Below are positions 27,594-37,284 of a DNA stretch of 57,457 nucleotides, piece by piece (positions within the stretch are counted from its first letter, which is position 1; each line of letters begins with the position of its first letter). The notes beneath the pieces were generated by a model, which searched no databases, was not told the origin of the DNA, and saw nothing but the letters and a program-made list of their open reading frames with translations. Both the position numbers and the translations under genes were made by a program. Origin of the DNA: Elusimicrobia bacterium LH_S2 (GTDB lineage Bacteria > CG03 > SLGR01 > JAGXOG01); the NCBI GenBank assembly GCA_023660015.1, contig JAGXOG010000002.1:1-57457 (forward strand), read 5' to 3'.

Positions 27594-28682
27594 ATGAGTT
27601 ATCCGATAACCATAATACCCGGAGACGGAGTAGGCCCCGAGGTAACGGCGGCGGCAAGAATATGCCTTGAATCTACGGGAGTAAAGATTGACTGGGATAT
27701 TCAGGAAGCCGGCCGGGCCGTCCTTAAAAAAGAAGGCACTCCGCTTCCGGAAAGGGTTCTGCGGTCTATAAGAAAAAATAAAGTTGCCCTGAAGGGCCCG
27801 ATAATCACCCCGGTGGGGTATGGATTCAGAAGCGTAAACGTAGCTATAAGAAAAGAACTTAACTTATATGCCTGTCTTCGGCCGTATAAATATTTTAAAG
27901 GAGTAAAGACCCCGATAAAGGATATAGATATAGTGGTAATAAGAGAAAATACAGAAGGGCTTTATGCGGGAATAGAATTTAAAGCCGGAGAAGCAAAGAC
28001 AAAAAAATTCATAGAGTTTCTGCAAAATAATGGTCGTCAGGTAAGCGCCGATTCCGGCATAAGCATTAAACCCATATCCGTATCCGGGTCGCAGAGGATA
28101 TCTGATTACGCATTCCGGTATGCTAAAAAAAACAAAAGAAAGAAAGTCAGCATAGTTCAAAAAGCAAATATTATGAAATTTACAGACGGGCTTTTTCTTA
28201 ATATTGCTCGCAATATCGCAAAAAAATATCCCGATATAGAAAGTGAAAGCATACTGGTCGATAATCTGGCTATGCAGCTTCTGCAGAATCCGGAAAAATT
28301 TGACGTACTGCTGTTGCCTAATCTCTACGGAGATATAATAAGTGATCTTCTGGCCGGGCTGACCGGAGGGCTCGGGATGGCTCCCGGAGTAAATATCGGC
28401 GATAATCTTGCAGTATTTGAGCCTACGCACGGTTCGGCGCCCGATTTGAAAGGTAAAAATAGAGTTAATCCGTCGGCGGCAATCTTATCTGGCGTAATGA
28501 TGCTTAGACATATAGGGGAAAATAAGAAAGCCGATCTCCTTCATCAGGCGCTCGCAGAAATTATAAAAGAAGGAAAGACGGTAACCTTTGATTTACAGCC
28601 GTCCGGTAAGCAGGACCGTCCGGCCCGAACCCGCCGGATGGCTAAGGCCATATGCAAAAGAGTATACGAACTAAAAAGCTGA
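27594..28682 (+). CDS. icd: NAD-type isocitrate (or homoisocitrate) dehydrogenase
   Basis: 'ITIIPGDGVGPEV', 'KNKVALKGPIITP', 'SVNVAIRKELNLYACLRP' and 'IRENTEGLY'. ATG at 27594 is preferred to the track's TTG at 27561. Confidence 0.8.
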   Translation: MSYPITIIPGDGVGPEVTAAARICLESTGVKIDWDIQEAGRAVLKKEGTPLPERVLRSIRKNKVALKGPIITPVGYGFRSVNVAIRKELNLYACLRPYKYFKGVKTPIKDIDIVVIRENTEGLYAGIEFKAGEAKTKKFIEFLQNNGRQVSADSGISIKPISVSGSQRISDYAFRYAKKNKRKKVSIVQKANIMKFTDGLFLNIARNIAKKYPDIESESILVDNLAMQLLQNPEKFDVLLLPNLYGDIISDLLAGLTGGLGMAPGVNIGDNLAVFEPTHGSAPDLKGKNRVNPSAAILSGVMMLRHIGENKKADLLHQALAEIIKEGKTVTFDLQPSGKQDRPARTRRMAKAICKRVYELKS

Positions 28683-29467
28683 AAAAAGTTAAAAAGATTA
28701 TAGCCGGAGAGGTTATTAATGCGGTAACCGTTTTGCCGGAAGAACTTGTAAACCAAATTAAAAAAAGTTTGGATAAGGCGGCTTCGCCGACGGAAAAAAA
28801 CGTCTTAAAGAGTATGCTTAAAAACTGCGAAATTGCCGCCGAAAAATCCATACCTCTTTGCCAGGACACGGGCATATTTGAAATTTGGGTCGAGTTGGGT
28901 TCCAGAAGTATTTTAAAAGATATAAATATTAATGAGTTTATAACCGAAGCGGTCAGGGAAGGCCATAAGCGTGGGAGGCTTAGGGAGTCGATGAGCGGCC
29001 CGCCGCAGCCGGTAATACATATCCAAAGCAGCGGTAAAAAAAACAGCACCATAACTATTACTCCCCGGGGTTTCGGAAGTGAAAATTACAGTAAACTTCA
29101 TATGCTTGACCCTAATAGTTCTTTTGAAAAGATAAGAGATATTATAACCGGGGATGTAAAAGATGCCGACGGCCGCCCTTGCCCGCCGTATTTGATAGGG
29201 ATAGGAATCGGCGGTACGGCCTCGAGTGCGGTAGAACTTTCAGTAAAAGCATTGACCGAAATTGATTTCAAATTTTCCGGGCGTGAGAAAGATTTACTCT
29301 CTGAGATAAATAAACTTTCTCACGGCGCAGGCGGCTTGGGCGGAAAGATTACCTGCCTGGGAGTAAAGATAAAAGAGACCCCGTCGCATATTGCAGGAAA
29401 GGCTTTGGGTGTTCATATAGGATGCTGGTGCAACCGGGTGCGGAGGTTTAACCTTGAAGACGCTTAA
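28652..29467 (+). CDS. class I (Fe-S) fumarate/tartrate hydro-lyase, alpha subunit
   Basis: 'PLCQDTG' motif. 271 aa. Confidence 0.85.
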   Translation: MQKSIRTKKLKKVKKIIAGEVINAVTVLPEELVNQIKKSLDKAASPTEKNVLKSMLKNCEIAAEKSIPLCQDTGIFEIWVELGSRSILKDININEFITEAVREGHKRGRLRESMSGPPQPVIHIQSSGKKNSTITITPRGFGSENYSKLHMLDPNSSFEKIRDIITGDVKDADGRPCPPYLIGIGIGGTASSAVELSVKALTEIDFKFSGREKDLLSEINKLSHGAGGLGGKITCLGVKIKETPSHIAGKALGVHIGCWCNRVRRFNLEDA

Positions 29468-29972
29468 TTTTCCTGTAAATTCAGCAGAGGATTTAAAAAA
29501 TTTTAGCGTCGGTGATGAAGTGAAAATAGAAGGAATCATATATACCGCCCGCGACCGGGTTCATGATTTAACGGCCAAAGGAGAGGCAGAGTGGCCGTTT
29601 AATCTTAAGAGTAACGCATTATTTTATTGCGGGCCGACGCCAAGACCCGAAGGAGCCGTCTTTGGTTCGTGCGGGCCGACTACTTCGGGGCGGATGGACA
29701 TCTATACCCCGGCCCTTTACAAAAAAGGTCTGGCGGCTACAATAGGAAAAGGACCCCGCAGACCGGAAGTTGTAAGGGCAATTAAGAAATACGGGGGCAT
29801 TTATCTTGCGGCTTATGGCGGATGCGGAGCGCTTTATTCCTCTACGGTTAAAAGTGCCGAGATAATAGGGTTTAAGGAATTAGGTCCTCAGGCTGTATAT
29901 AGATTAGCCGTCGCCGAATTTCCTGCAGTAGTGGGGATAGACAGCAGCGGGGGAAATATTTTTAAGAGGTAA
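29454..29972 (+). CDS. class I fumarate/tartrate hydro-lyase, beta subunit
   Basis: 'GPTTSGRMD' and 'GKG'. 172 aa. Confidence 0.85.
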   Translation: MKTLNFPVNSAEDLKNFSVGDEVKIEGIIYTARDRVHDLTAKGEAEWPFNLKSNALFYCGPTPRPEGAVFGSCGPTTSGRMDIYTPALYKKGLAATIGKGPRRPEVVRAIKKYGGIYLAAYGGCGALYSSTVKSAEIIGFKELGPQAVYRLAVAEFPAVVGIDSSGGNIFKR

Positions 29973-29973
29973 G

Positions 29974-30426
29974 ATGAAGATGAAAGAAGATACGCTTATA
30001 ATAATAAAACCCGATGCTTTTTCCAAGGAATTAGTCGGCAGGATAATCAGCGAGCTTGAAGAAGTTGGGCTTAAGATTTTTGGATGCCGCCAGGTAAGAT
30101 TGTCTAAGGGGGAGGCAAAGGAATTTTACCGGGAACACCGGGGTAAGGAGTTCTACGAGGCGGTATCTGACTTTATGTCATCAAATCCGATATTAGTTAT
30201 GGTCTTCTCCGGAGAAAATGCTGTCTCCCGGGCCAGGAAGATTATGGGGGGTACCGACCCCCGGGATGCGGAGGAAGGAACCATAAGAAAAAGGTGGGCT
30301 CAGGACTACAGGCATAATATAATTCACGGGTCTGACTCTCTGACTTCGGCAAAAAGGGAGATAAAGTTTTTCTTTCCCGGCGGAGAAGGGATATACTGGT
30401 GGAAAAAAAAGGAGTTTAAGCTATGA
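29974..30426 (+). CDS. ndk: nucleoside diphosphate kinase
   Basis: 'IIIKPDAF' and 'NIIHGSDS'. Confidence 0.9.
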   Translation: MKMKEDTLIIIKPDAFSKELVGRIISELEEVGLKIFGCRQVRLSKGEAKEFYREHRGKEFYEAVSDFMSSNPILVMVFSGENAVSRARKIMGGTDPRDAEEGTIRKRWAQDYRHNIIHGSDSLTSAKREIKFFFPGGEGIYWWKKKEFKL

Positions 30427-31649
30427 AAAATATTTTAGTTTTAAATTGTGGCAGCTCATCTGTAAAATACGAGCTGTTAAATATTAAAAGTTCTTCGGTC
30501 TTGGCCAAGGGCCTGGTGGAAAGAGTGGGTATGGAAGATGCGGTGCTTCATTATCATTTTTTAAAAGACGACAGCATCTACGATGATATAAAACTGGTAA
30601 GAAATATACCCACTCACCGGGAAGCAATTCAATTTATTATAAGGTCTATAGAAGACGACGAATACGGAGTTATTGAGGATATGAATGATATATACGGCAT
30701 AGGGCACCGGGTCGTTCACGGAGGGGAGAAATATACCGATTCTGTATATATTACCAAAGAAGTAAAAAATGACATCAAGGATTATATACCCTTGGCCCCC
30801 CTCCATAACCCCCATCAACTGGCGGGTATAGAGGCCTGCGAAGAGCTGATTCCCGACCACCCCCAGGTGGCGGTCTTTGATACGGCCTTTCACCAGACCA
30901 TGCCTGAAGCGGCTTATATGTATGCTTTTCCTTACGATATGTATAAGAAGTTCGGGATAAGGAAATACGGTTTTCACGGTACCTCGCATAAATATGTTTC
31001 CCAAAGGACCGCCGCCATACTTAAAAAATCCCCGGAGGATTTAAAAATAATAACCTGTCATCTGGGAAACGGGGCAAGTATATGCGCGGTTAAAAACGGA
31101 AAGTCAGTTGATACATCTATGGGATTTACCCCTCTGGCCGGCCTTATGATGGGTACCCGGACCGGTGATTTTGACCCTGCAATACTTTTATATATAATGA
31201 ATAAGGAGGCTTTATCGTTGAGTGAAGCAAATACAATGATAAACCGCCACTCGGGATTATACGGGGTATCCGGGGTGTCGAGGGATTTCCGGGAAGTTAT
31301 TGAGAAATGTCATAACGGACACAAAAGAGCAAAGCTTGCAGTTGATATGTTTGCCTACCGGATACGGCATTACATAGGCGCCTACGCTGCAATTATGAAC
31401 GGTGTTGACGTCCTTGTCTTTACAGCCGGGATAGGGGAAAATTCTGTAGAGTTGCGGGAAATTGTATGTAAAGATATGGATTATATGGGAATTGAACTGG
31501 ATAAGGAAAAAAATGAGGCCTGTGGTGCAGGAGAAGGGATAATTTCTTCTGCCGGAAGCCCGGTCCGTGTCATGTGCGTGCCTACGAACGAAGAACTTTT
31601 AATTGCCGAAGAGACCCACAATATAATAGAAAGCAAAAAAGAGAAATAA
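30423..31649 (+). CDS. ackA: acetate kinase
   Basis: 'ILVLNCGSSSVKY', 'GHRVVHGG' and 'FHGTSH'. Confidence 0.95.
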   Translation: MKNILVLNCGSSSVKYELLNIKSSSVLAKGLVERVGMEDAVLHYHFLKDDSIYDDIKLVRNIPTHREAIQFIIRSIEDDEYGVIEDMNDIYGIGHRVVHGGEKYTDSVYITKEVKNDIKDYIPLAPLHNPHQLAGIEACEELIPDHPQVAVFDTAFHQTMPEAAYMYAFPYDMYKKFGIRKYGFHGTSHKYVSQRTAAILKKSPEDLKIITCHLGNGASICAVKNGKSVDTSMGFTPLAGLMMGTRTGDFDPAILLYIMNKEALSLSEANTMINRHSGLYGVSGVSRDFREVIEKCHNGHKRAKLAVDMFAYRIRHYIGAYAAIMNGVDVLVFTAGIGENSVELREIVCKDMDYMGIELDKEKNEACGAGEGIISSAGSPVRVMCVPTNEELLIAEETHNIIESKKEK

Positions 31650-32455
31650 TGAATGAAATAATATATAAAAAAAATATTGCCGAGGATATTGTGGAAATAA
31701 AATTCCGTAACCCTCTTATTGCCCAAAAGTTTGAGCCCGGCCAGTTTATAGTAGTACATAACAATAAAAAGAGTGAACGTATACCTTTGACAATAGTGGG
31801 AACCGAAGATGACAATGTCCGGTTAATAGTTCAGCAAGTCGGTTATTCCACAGAAAAGCTCTGCAGCCTTAAAGCAGGAGAGAGCCTACTTGATGTAGCC
31901 GGCCCCCTGGGAAAGCCGTCGGAACTTGATAATTTCGGAGATGTTGTATGTATAACCGGAGGAATAGGGGCAGCGCTGCTTTTGCCTGTCGCCCGCAAAC
32001 TTAAAAAATTAGGCAACCGGATAACGGTTATTGAGGGAGTCAGGTGTAAAAAATTCCTTATTCTTGAAGAAGAACTTCGGGATATTGCCGATGAATTTAT
32101 TCCGGTCAGTGATGACGGTTCTTTCGGCGAAAAGGGGCTGGTCACGAAACCGTTTAAAGAACTTTTACAGAATCGTACCCCGGATTTTGTTTTCGCAGTG
32201 GGGCCTACGGTAATGATGCAGGCGGTGAGCAAAATAACCGCTTCCGAAGATATACCACTGACGGTAAGCCTTAACCCCATAATGGTTGATGGTACCGGGA
32301 TGTGCGGTTCCTGCCGGGTGGAAGTGGAGGGAGAAACTAAATTTGCCTGTGTTGACGGTCCGGAATTTGACGGCAATAAAGTTAATTTTGAATTACTGAT
32401 TAAAAGACTTATAATGTATGAAAAAGAAGAAAAAATTATTAAATTCAAGAGCTGA
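31649..32455 (+). CDS. nfnA: NfnA / PyrK-like FAD and [2Fe-2S] electron-transfer subunit
   Basis: Starts 'MNEIIYKK' (TAATG overlap with ackA). C-terminal cluster 'GMCGSCRVEV...FACVDGPEF'. Confidence 0.75.
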   Translation: MNEIIYKKNIAEDIVEIKFRNPLIAQKFEPGQFIVVHNNKKSERIPLTIVGTEDDNVRLIVQQVGYSTEKLCSLKAGESLLDVAGPLGKPSELDNFGDVVCITGGIGAALLLPVARKLKKLGNRITVIEGVRCKKFLILEEELRDIADEFIPVSDDGSFGEKGLVTKPFKELLQNRTPDFVFAVGPTVMMQAVSKITASEDIPLTVSLNPIMVDGTGMCGSCRVEVEGETKFACVDGPEFDGNKVNFELLIKRLIMYEKEEKIIKFKS

Positions 32456-32460
32456 TTAGT

Positions 32461-33864
32461 ATGGGTATAAAAAAAGAAAGAATGCCGGTCAAAAAAAGAT
32501 CGGCAGTAGAAAGAAAGAAAGATTTTAAGGAGGTCTCTTCCGGCTATGATTATAAATCCGCTCTGGCCGAAGCCAATCGCTGTATGAAGTGTCCGAATAA
32601 ACCATGTGTAGAAGGTTGCCCGGTAGGCATAGATATACCGGAATTTATAAAATCAATAATTGACGGAGATCTAAAAGAAGGGTTTAATACCCTACTTAAG
32701 TCAAATGCGTTACCCGGAGTATGCGGGAGGGTCTGTCCCCAGGAAGACCAGTGTGCCGCTCTATGTGTAATGGGAAAAAAATTTGAGCCTATAAATATAG
32801 GAATTCTGGAGCGGTATATATCTGATACTGCGGTTGAAAAAGATTTTAAGCCGCAAAAAAGCAAAAAATTCGGCAGATATAAAAAATCTATAGGTGTGGT
32901 CGGTTCCGGGCCGGCCGGACTTACCATAGCCGGAGATATGCTCAAGTATGGATATAAAGTTACTTTATATGAAGCCCTGCACGAACCGGGTGGAGTCTTA
33001 AGGTACGGCATACCGGAATTCCGATTACCCAACGAGACCGTAGACCGTGAAGTGGAAAATTTAAATGCAATGGGGCTTGATTTAAAACTGAATTATGTTA
33101 TCGGGAAAATTTTGTCGGTTGAAGAACTGCTGGAAAAACATGATGCGGTATTTTTAGGCATAGGTGCCGGTCTGCCCCGATTTATGGGAATACCCGGCGA
33201 AAATTTAAACGGGGTTTACTCAGCAAATGAGTATCTGACCCGGAACAATCTTATGAGGAGCTACAGGTATCCCGAATACAATACCCCGGTAAAAAAAGGG
33301 AAATCCGTGGCCGTTGTCGGAGGGGGCAATGTGGCTATGGACTCGGCCCGCACCGCTATAAGGCTCGGTGCGGAAAATGTATATAATATTTACCGCCGCT
33401 CCCGGGTGGAGATGCCTGCGCGCAGCGAAGAAATAGAAAATGCCGTTGAGGAAGGCGTCCGGCTTAAGCTGTTGAGAAACCCGGTAAAGATAATAGGGGA
33501 TGAGAATAAAAGAATAAAAAAGATAAGATCTATAAAGATGAAACTGGGTGAACCCGACGAATCGGGCCGTCGCCGCCCGCTGGAGATCCCCGACAGCGAA
33601 TACAATATTGATGTTGATGTAGTGGTTATGGCTATAGGGACCGGGCCCAACCGGCTTTTGCTTGATGTTGTCGGGAACCTGGAATTAAATCAGTGGGGAT
33701 ATATTAAAACAGACAAGGAAACCGGGATGACCAATATAGACCGTCTTTACGCCGGAGGTGATATAGTGACCGGCGCAGCTACGGTGATAAGCGCTATGGG
33801 GACGGCAAGGAAGGCCGGCAAAGCGATAAGGAGAGAATTGGAAAATGACAGACAGAATAAGTAA
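32461..33864 (+). CDS. nfnB: NfnB / GltD-like NADPH-dependent oxidoreductase (glutamate synthase small-chain family)
   Basis: 'CMKCPNKPC', 'GCPVGIDIP', 'VVGSGPAGL' and 'VVGGGNVAMD'. Confidence 0.85.
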   Translation: MGIKKERMPVKKRSAVERKKDFKEVSSGYDYKSALAEANRCMKCPNKPCVEGCPVGIDIPEFIKSIIDGDLKEGFNTLLKSNALPGVCGRVCPQEDQCAALCVMGKKFEPINIGILERYISDTAVEKDFKPQKSKKFGRYKKSIGVVGSGPAGLTIAGDMLKYGYKVTLYEALHEPGGVLRYGIPEFRLPNETVDREVENLNAMGLDLKLNYVIGKILSVEELLEKHDAVFLGIGAGLPRFMGIPGENLNGVYSANEYLTRNNLMRSYRYPEYNTPVKKGKSVAVVGGGNVAMDSARTAIRLGAENVYNIYRRSRVEMPARSEEIENAVEEGVRLKLLRNPVKIIGDENKRIKKIRSIKMKLGEPDESGRRRPLEIPDSEYNIDVDVVVMAIGTGPNRLLLDVVGNLELNQWGYIKTDKETGMTNIDRLYAGGDIVTGAATVISAMGTARKAGKAIRRELENDRQNK

Positions 33865-34072
33865 TCAGCGTTCATGTCCGGCTTGTGGCAAAAAAATCAA
33901 AAAAGCAAAAGCTAAATTTTGCCCTTCCTGCGGGCGGGAACTTTTTACACCTCGTATTGGAAAAAACTGGAATTTAAAAGTTATTGCAATCATTCTGTTA
34001 ATGATTATTTTGGCTTTCTTTGCATTTTATATATTTAAGCCGTTTATATATTTTAATCTTGACAAGGTATAA
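33845..34072 (+). CDS. small zinc-ribbon membrane protein (hypothetical)
   Basis: 'CPACGKKI...CPSCGREL' followed by the TM 'VIAIILLMIILAFFAFYIF'. Overlaps the nfnB stop by 20 nt. Confidence 0.4.
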   Translation: MTDRISNQRSCPACGKKIKKAKAKFCPSCGRELFTPRIGKNWNLKVIAIILLMIILAFFAFYIFKPFIYFNLDKV

Positions 34073-34164
34073 ACAGTTGACAAAAAAAGTTTAAATTGAT
34101 AAAAGCTAACAGGTTTTTTAAATATTTAAAAGAGTAAAATAATAAGTAAGAAAAGGAATAAAAA

Positions 34165-34362
34165 ATGGCAGTACCAAAAAGACGACAGTCGAATTCGAGA
34201 CGTGACAAGCGAAGGCATTCAAAAAAAATCAAAGATCCTACACTAAGTGTCTGCCCGCAGTGCGGAGAAGTAAAATTACCTCATCATCTCTGTATGCAGT
34301 GCGGTTATTACGGTAAAAAAAACATAATGGGTAAAGAAGAGGAAGAGGGAAAAAATAATTGA
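34165..34362 (+). CDS. rpmF: 50S ribosomal protein L32
   Basis: 'MAVPKRRQSNSRRDKRR' and 'CPQCGEVKLPHHLCMQCGYY'. Confidence 0.95.
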   Translation: MAVPKRRQSNSRRDKRRHSKKIKDPTLSVCPQCGEVKLPHHLCMQCGYYGKKNIMGKEEEEGKNN

Positions 34363-35369
34363 AAATAGCCGTTGATGCAATGGGAGGGGACTGGGGGGCG
34401 GCGCCGAATGTACTGGGTGCCATAGAGGCTCTGAGTCCCGAAGGTGTAGGACAGGTTGCTCGAAAGCAGCCCATAAGCGTGATGCTGATTGGCCAAAAAG
34501 AAGTAATAAAGAAAGAGCTTGCCAAGCATGAAGCTACAACTCTTCCCATAGAAATAAAAGACGTTTCCCAGTCTATAGATATGGATGAAGATCCGCTTGA
34601 AGCCTGCCGCAGTAAACCCGACTCTTCCATAATGGTGGGGGTCAAGCTTCTAAAAGCCAAAAGAATAGACGGCTTTATATCCGCCGGGAATACCGGCGCT
34701 TATACCGCTGCCGCAACTCTTACCCTGGATAAAATAAAAAAAGTTAAGCGTCCGGCAATTGCTTCGGTCTTTCCTACAATAAAAGATTTTTGCGTAATAA
34801 CCGATGTGGGGGCCAATGCAGATTGCAAACCTAAGTTTCTTTACCAGTTTGCAGTTATGGCAGAAGAGTACGTAAAATATGTATATAAAAAAAGAATCCC
34901 CCGGATAGGGCTCTTAAGTATAGGTCGCGAAAAATCTAAGGGCAATAAACTGGTCAAAGATACTTATGAACTTCTGATGGAAAGTAACCTTAATTTTATC
35001 GGTAATATTGAGGGAGGAGATATAATAAAAGGGATGGCTGATGTAGTTGTCTGCGATGGTTTTACCGGCAATATTATTTTAAAATTCGGTGAGGCTATAG
35101 CTCCCGCAATTATAAATATATTAAATGATGAAATAGACCAGAATATATTCCGAAAAGTAGGGGCCGGAATGCTTTCCGGTGTTTTCCAGGTGCTCAAAGA
35201 TAGGATGTTATACGAAGATGTAGGAGGCGCGCCGCTTTTGGGACTTGACGGAACATGCATTATATGCCATGGAAATTCAAACGCAAAAGCAATAAAGGAT
35301 GCAATAAATATTGCTGTAGAATTTGAAGAACAGGCTGTTAATAAACATATCGAGGAGCAGATAACATGA
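34359..35369 (+). CDS. plsX: phosphate acyltransferase PlsX
   Basis: 'MKIAVDAMGGD'. TTG start. Classic rpmF-plsX linkage. Confidence 0.95.
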   Translation: MKIAVDAMGGDWGAAPNVLGAIEALSPEGVGQVARKQPISVMLIGQKEVIKKELAKHEATTLPIEIKDVSQSIDMDEDPLEACRSKPDSSIMVGVKLLKAKRIDGFISAGNTGAYTAAATLTLDKIKKVKRPAIASVFPTIKDFCVITDVGANADCKPKFLYQFAVMAEEYVKYVYKKRIPRIGLLSIGREKSKGNKLVKDTYELLMESNLNFIGNIEGGDIIKGMADVVVCDGFTGNIILKFGEAIAPAIINILNDEIDQNIFRKVGAGMLSGVFQVLKDRMLYEDVGGAPLLGLDGTCIICHGNSNAKAIKDAINIAVEFEEQAVNKHIEEQIT

Positions 35370-36346
35370 TCAGGACAGAAATAACCGGTACGGGTTCTTA
35401 TATGCCGGAAAAAATTTTAACAAATAAAGATTTGGAAAAAATGGTAGATACCTCTGACGAATGGATAACAAAAAGGACAGGGATAAAGGAAAGGCATATT
35501 GCCGCCAAAGACGAGGCGTCAAGCGATCTTGCCGTTAAGGCCTCCCGGCAGGCAATTAATGATGCCGGTATCGATAAAAATGAAATTGACGCAATAATAT
35601 GTGCTACAATAACGCCTGATATGTTATTTCCCGCCACAGCCTGCCAGATACAAAAAAAAATAGGAATAAAAGAAGTCGCGGCTTTTGATGTTGAATCCGC
35701 CTGCACGGGATTTCTTACAGCTCTGACCATAGCTGATTCAATGATAGTATCGGGCAATTATAAAAAAGTGCTGGTTATAGCCAGCGAAGTATTATCCCGT
35801 ATTACCGACTGGGAGGACCGTCAGTCTTGCGTGCTTTTTGGCGACGGTGCTGGCGCTGCAATCTTATCTTCGACCGATAAAGATCGAGGTATAATGTCAA
35901 CTTATCTGGGATCAGACGGCAGATATGGTAACCTTTTGCATCTTCCTGCCGGAGGGTCAAAAATGCCTGCTTCTGAAGATACTGTAGAGGGAGGCCTTCA
36001 TTATATAAAAATGGAGGGCAGGGAATCTTTTAAAATCGCGGTAAAGAAGATGGCCGTCAGCGCGAGAACTGCATTAAAAAAGGCCGGTATTACCATAGAT
36101 GATATAAAAATGGTGATTCCTCATCAGGCCAATATGCGTATTATTAATGCTCTGGCCAAAATGCTGAAGATTGATATTGAAAGGGTCTTTATTAATATTA
36201 AAGATTACGGTAATATGTCGGCAGCAACTACAGCCGTCGGTTTAGATCAAACCCTGAAAAGCAGTAAAGTTTCAACAGGGGAGATAATTCAGCTTGTTGC
36301 TTTTGGCGGTGGTCTTACCTGGGGATCGGTGATTGTAAAAATATGA
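35366..36346 (+). CDS. fabH: 3-oxoacyl-ACP synthase III
   Basis: Active-site 'ESACTGF', 'PHQAN' and 'GNMSAAT'. Confidence 0.95.
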   Translation: MIRTEITGTGSYMPEKILTNKDLEKMVDTSDEWITKRTGIKERHIAAKDEASSDLAVKASRQAINDAGIDKNEIDAIICATITPDMLFPATACQIQKKIGIKEVAAFDVESACTGFLTALTIADSMIVSGNYKKVLVIASEVLSRITDWEDRQSCVLFGDGAGAAILSSTDKDRGIMSTYLGSDGRYGNLLHLPAGGSKMPASEDTVEGGLHYIKMEGRESFKIAVKKMAVSARTALKKAGITIDDIKMVIPHQANMRIINALAKMLKIDIERVFINIKDYGNMSAATTAVGLDQTLKSSKVSTGEIIQLVAFGGGLTWGSVIVKI

Positions 36347-37284
36347 GTAGTAATATATTTATATATCCGGGACAGGGAGCTCAGAAAGTCGGCATGGGAA
36401 CAGAATTTTTAAAAACCGGCAGCATTGCTGAAAATATATGGCGCCGCGCAAATGAAATTATCGGTTTTAATTTAAAAGAAAAAGTTATGAAAGGCCCCGT
36501 CACGGAACTTCAGCGTACTGAGATTACTCAGCTTGCGGTATATATAACTGAGATAATAATATTTAAAGAACTTGTGAATAATGGTATAATTCCCTCTGCC
36601 ACGGCAGGCCATAGCCTGGGCGAATATGTCGCTGTTGTGACCAGTGGAGCGCTGAGTTGGGAGGAAGGGCTGGAGTTGGTAAAATTCAGGGGGAAAATAT
36701 TTAAGGAAATCGGTTCTCGTAATCCGGGAGGAATGCTTGCGGTAATCGGTATTCAGGAAGATAAGCTCACTAAAGTGCTCTCTGCTGCCGGCGGTATCGC
36801 TGAAATTGTAAATTATAATTCACCGGGACAGTTGGTAGTAAGCGCCGAAAAAACAATTATGGAAAAATTAAGAGAAGAAATTAAGAAAGCCGGGGCAAAG
36901 CTGGTGGTTCCTCTTAAAGTAAGCGGGGGATTTCATTCATCCCTTATGGATTCTGCAGCAGTTAAAATGGAAGCAAAGTTAGAAAAAGTAGATATAAAAG
37001 AGCCCCGGATTAAATTGTATGCCAATGTTACCGGCAGGCCCGCAAAAGATGCTAAGCAGATAAAGGACCTTTTGGCTCGGCAGGTTAACTCTCCCGTAAG
37101 ATGGGTAAAAACAATTAATAATATTATAAATGATTTTGAGGAATCTCTCTTTATTGAGGCAGGGCCCGGGAAAACTTTAAGGGGTTTAATAAAGCAAATC
37201 AGCCGCAGCCAGAAGACGGTCGGTTTATCTTCCCCGGAAGATATTAAAGCATTAAAAAAGGGGTATAAAAGGTATTATGAGTAA
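36343..37284 (+). CDS. fabD: malonyl-CoA:ACP transacylase
   Basis: 'FPGQGAQ'-like 'YPGQGAQKVGMG' and 'GHSLGEY'. Confidence 0.95.
   Translation: MSSNIFIYPGQGAQKVGMGTEFLKTGSIAENIWRRANEIIGFNLKEKVMKGPVTELQRTEITQLAVYITEIIIFKELVNNGIIPSATAGHSLGEYVAVVTSGALSWEEGLELVKFRGKIFKEIGSRNPGGMLAVIGIQEDKLTKVLSAAGGIAEIVNYNSPGQLVVSAEKTIMEKLREEIKKAGAKLVVPLKVSGGFHSSLMDSAAVKMEAKLEKVDIKEPRIKLYANVTGRPAKDAKQIKDLLARQVNSPVRWVKTINNIINDFEESLFIEAGPGKTLRGLIKQISRSQKTVGLSSPEDIKALKKGYKRYYE

Noticed and set aside
22667-28682. Reading the synthase, LeuC/LeuD-like and dehydrogenase genes as a leuA-leuCD-leuB (leucine), cimA (isoleucine) or HCS/HACN/HICDH (lysine) operon.
   Set aside because: Several features favour the Re-citrate synthase, aconitase and IDH reading. 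The synthase lacks the LeuA dimer/regulatory domain and has 'TTFRDGQQS' rather than 'TTLRDGEQ'. The dehydrogenase has IDH3/HICDH-type strings. Malic enzyme and fumarase are interleaved in the same operon. The alternative cannot be excluded without phylogeny and is kept as an explicit refutation test.
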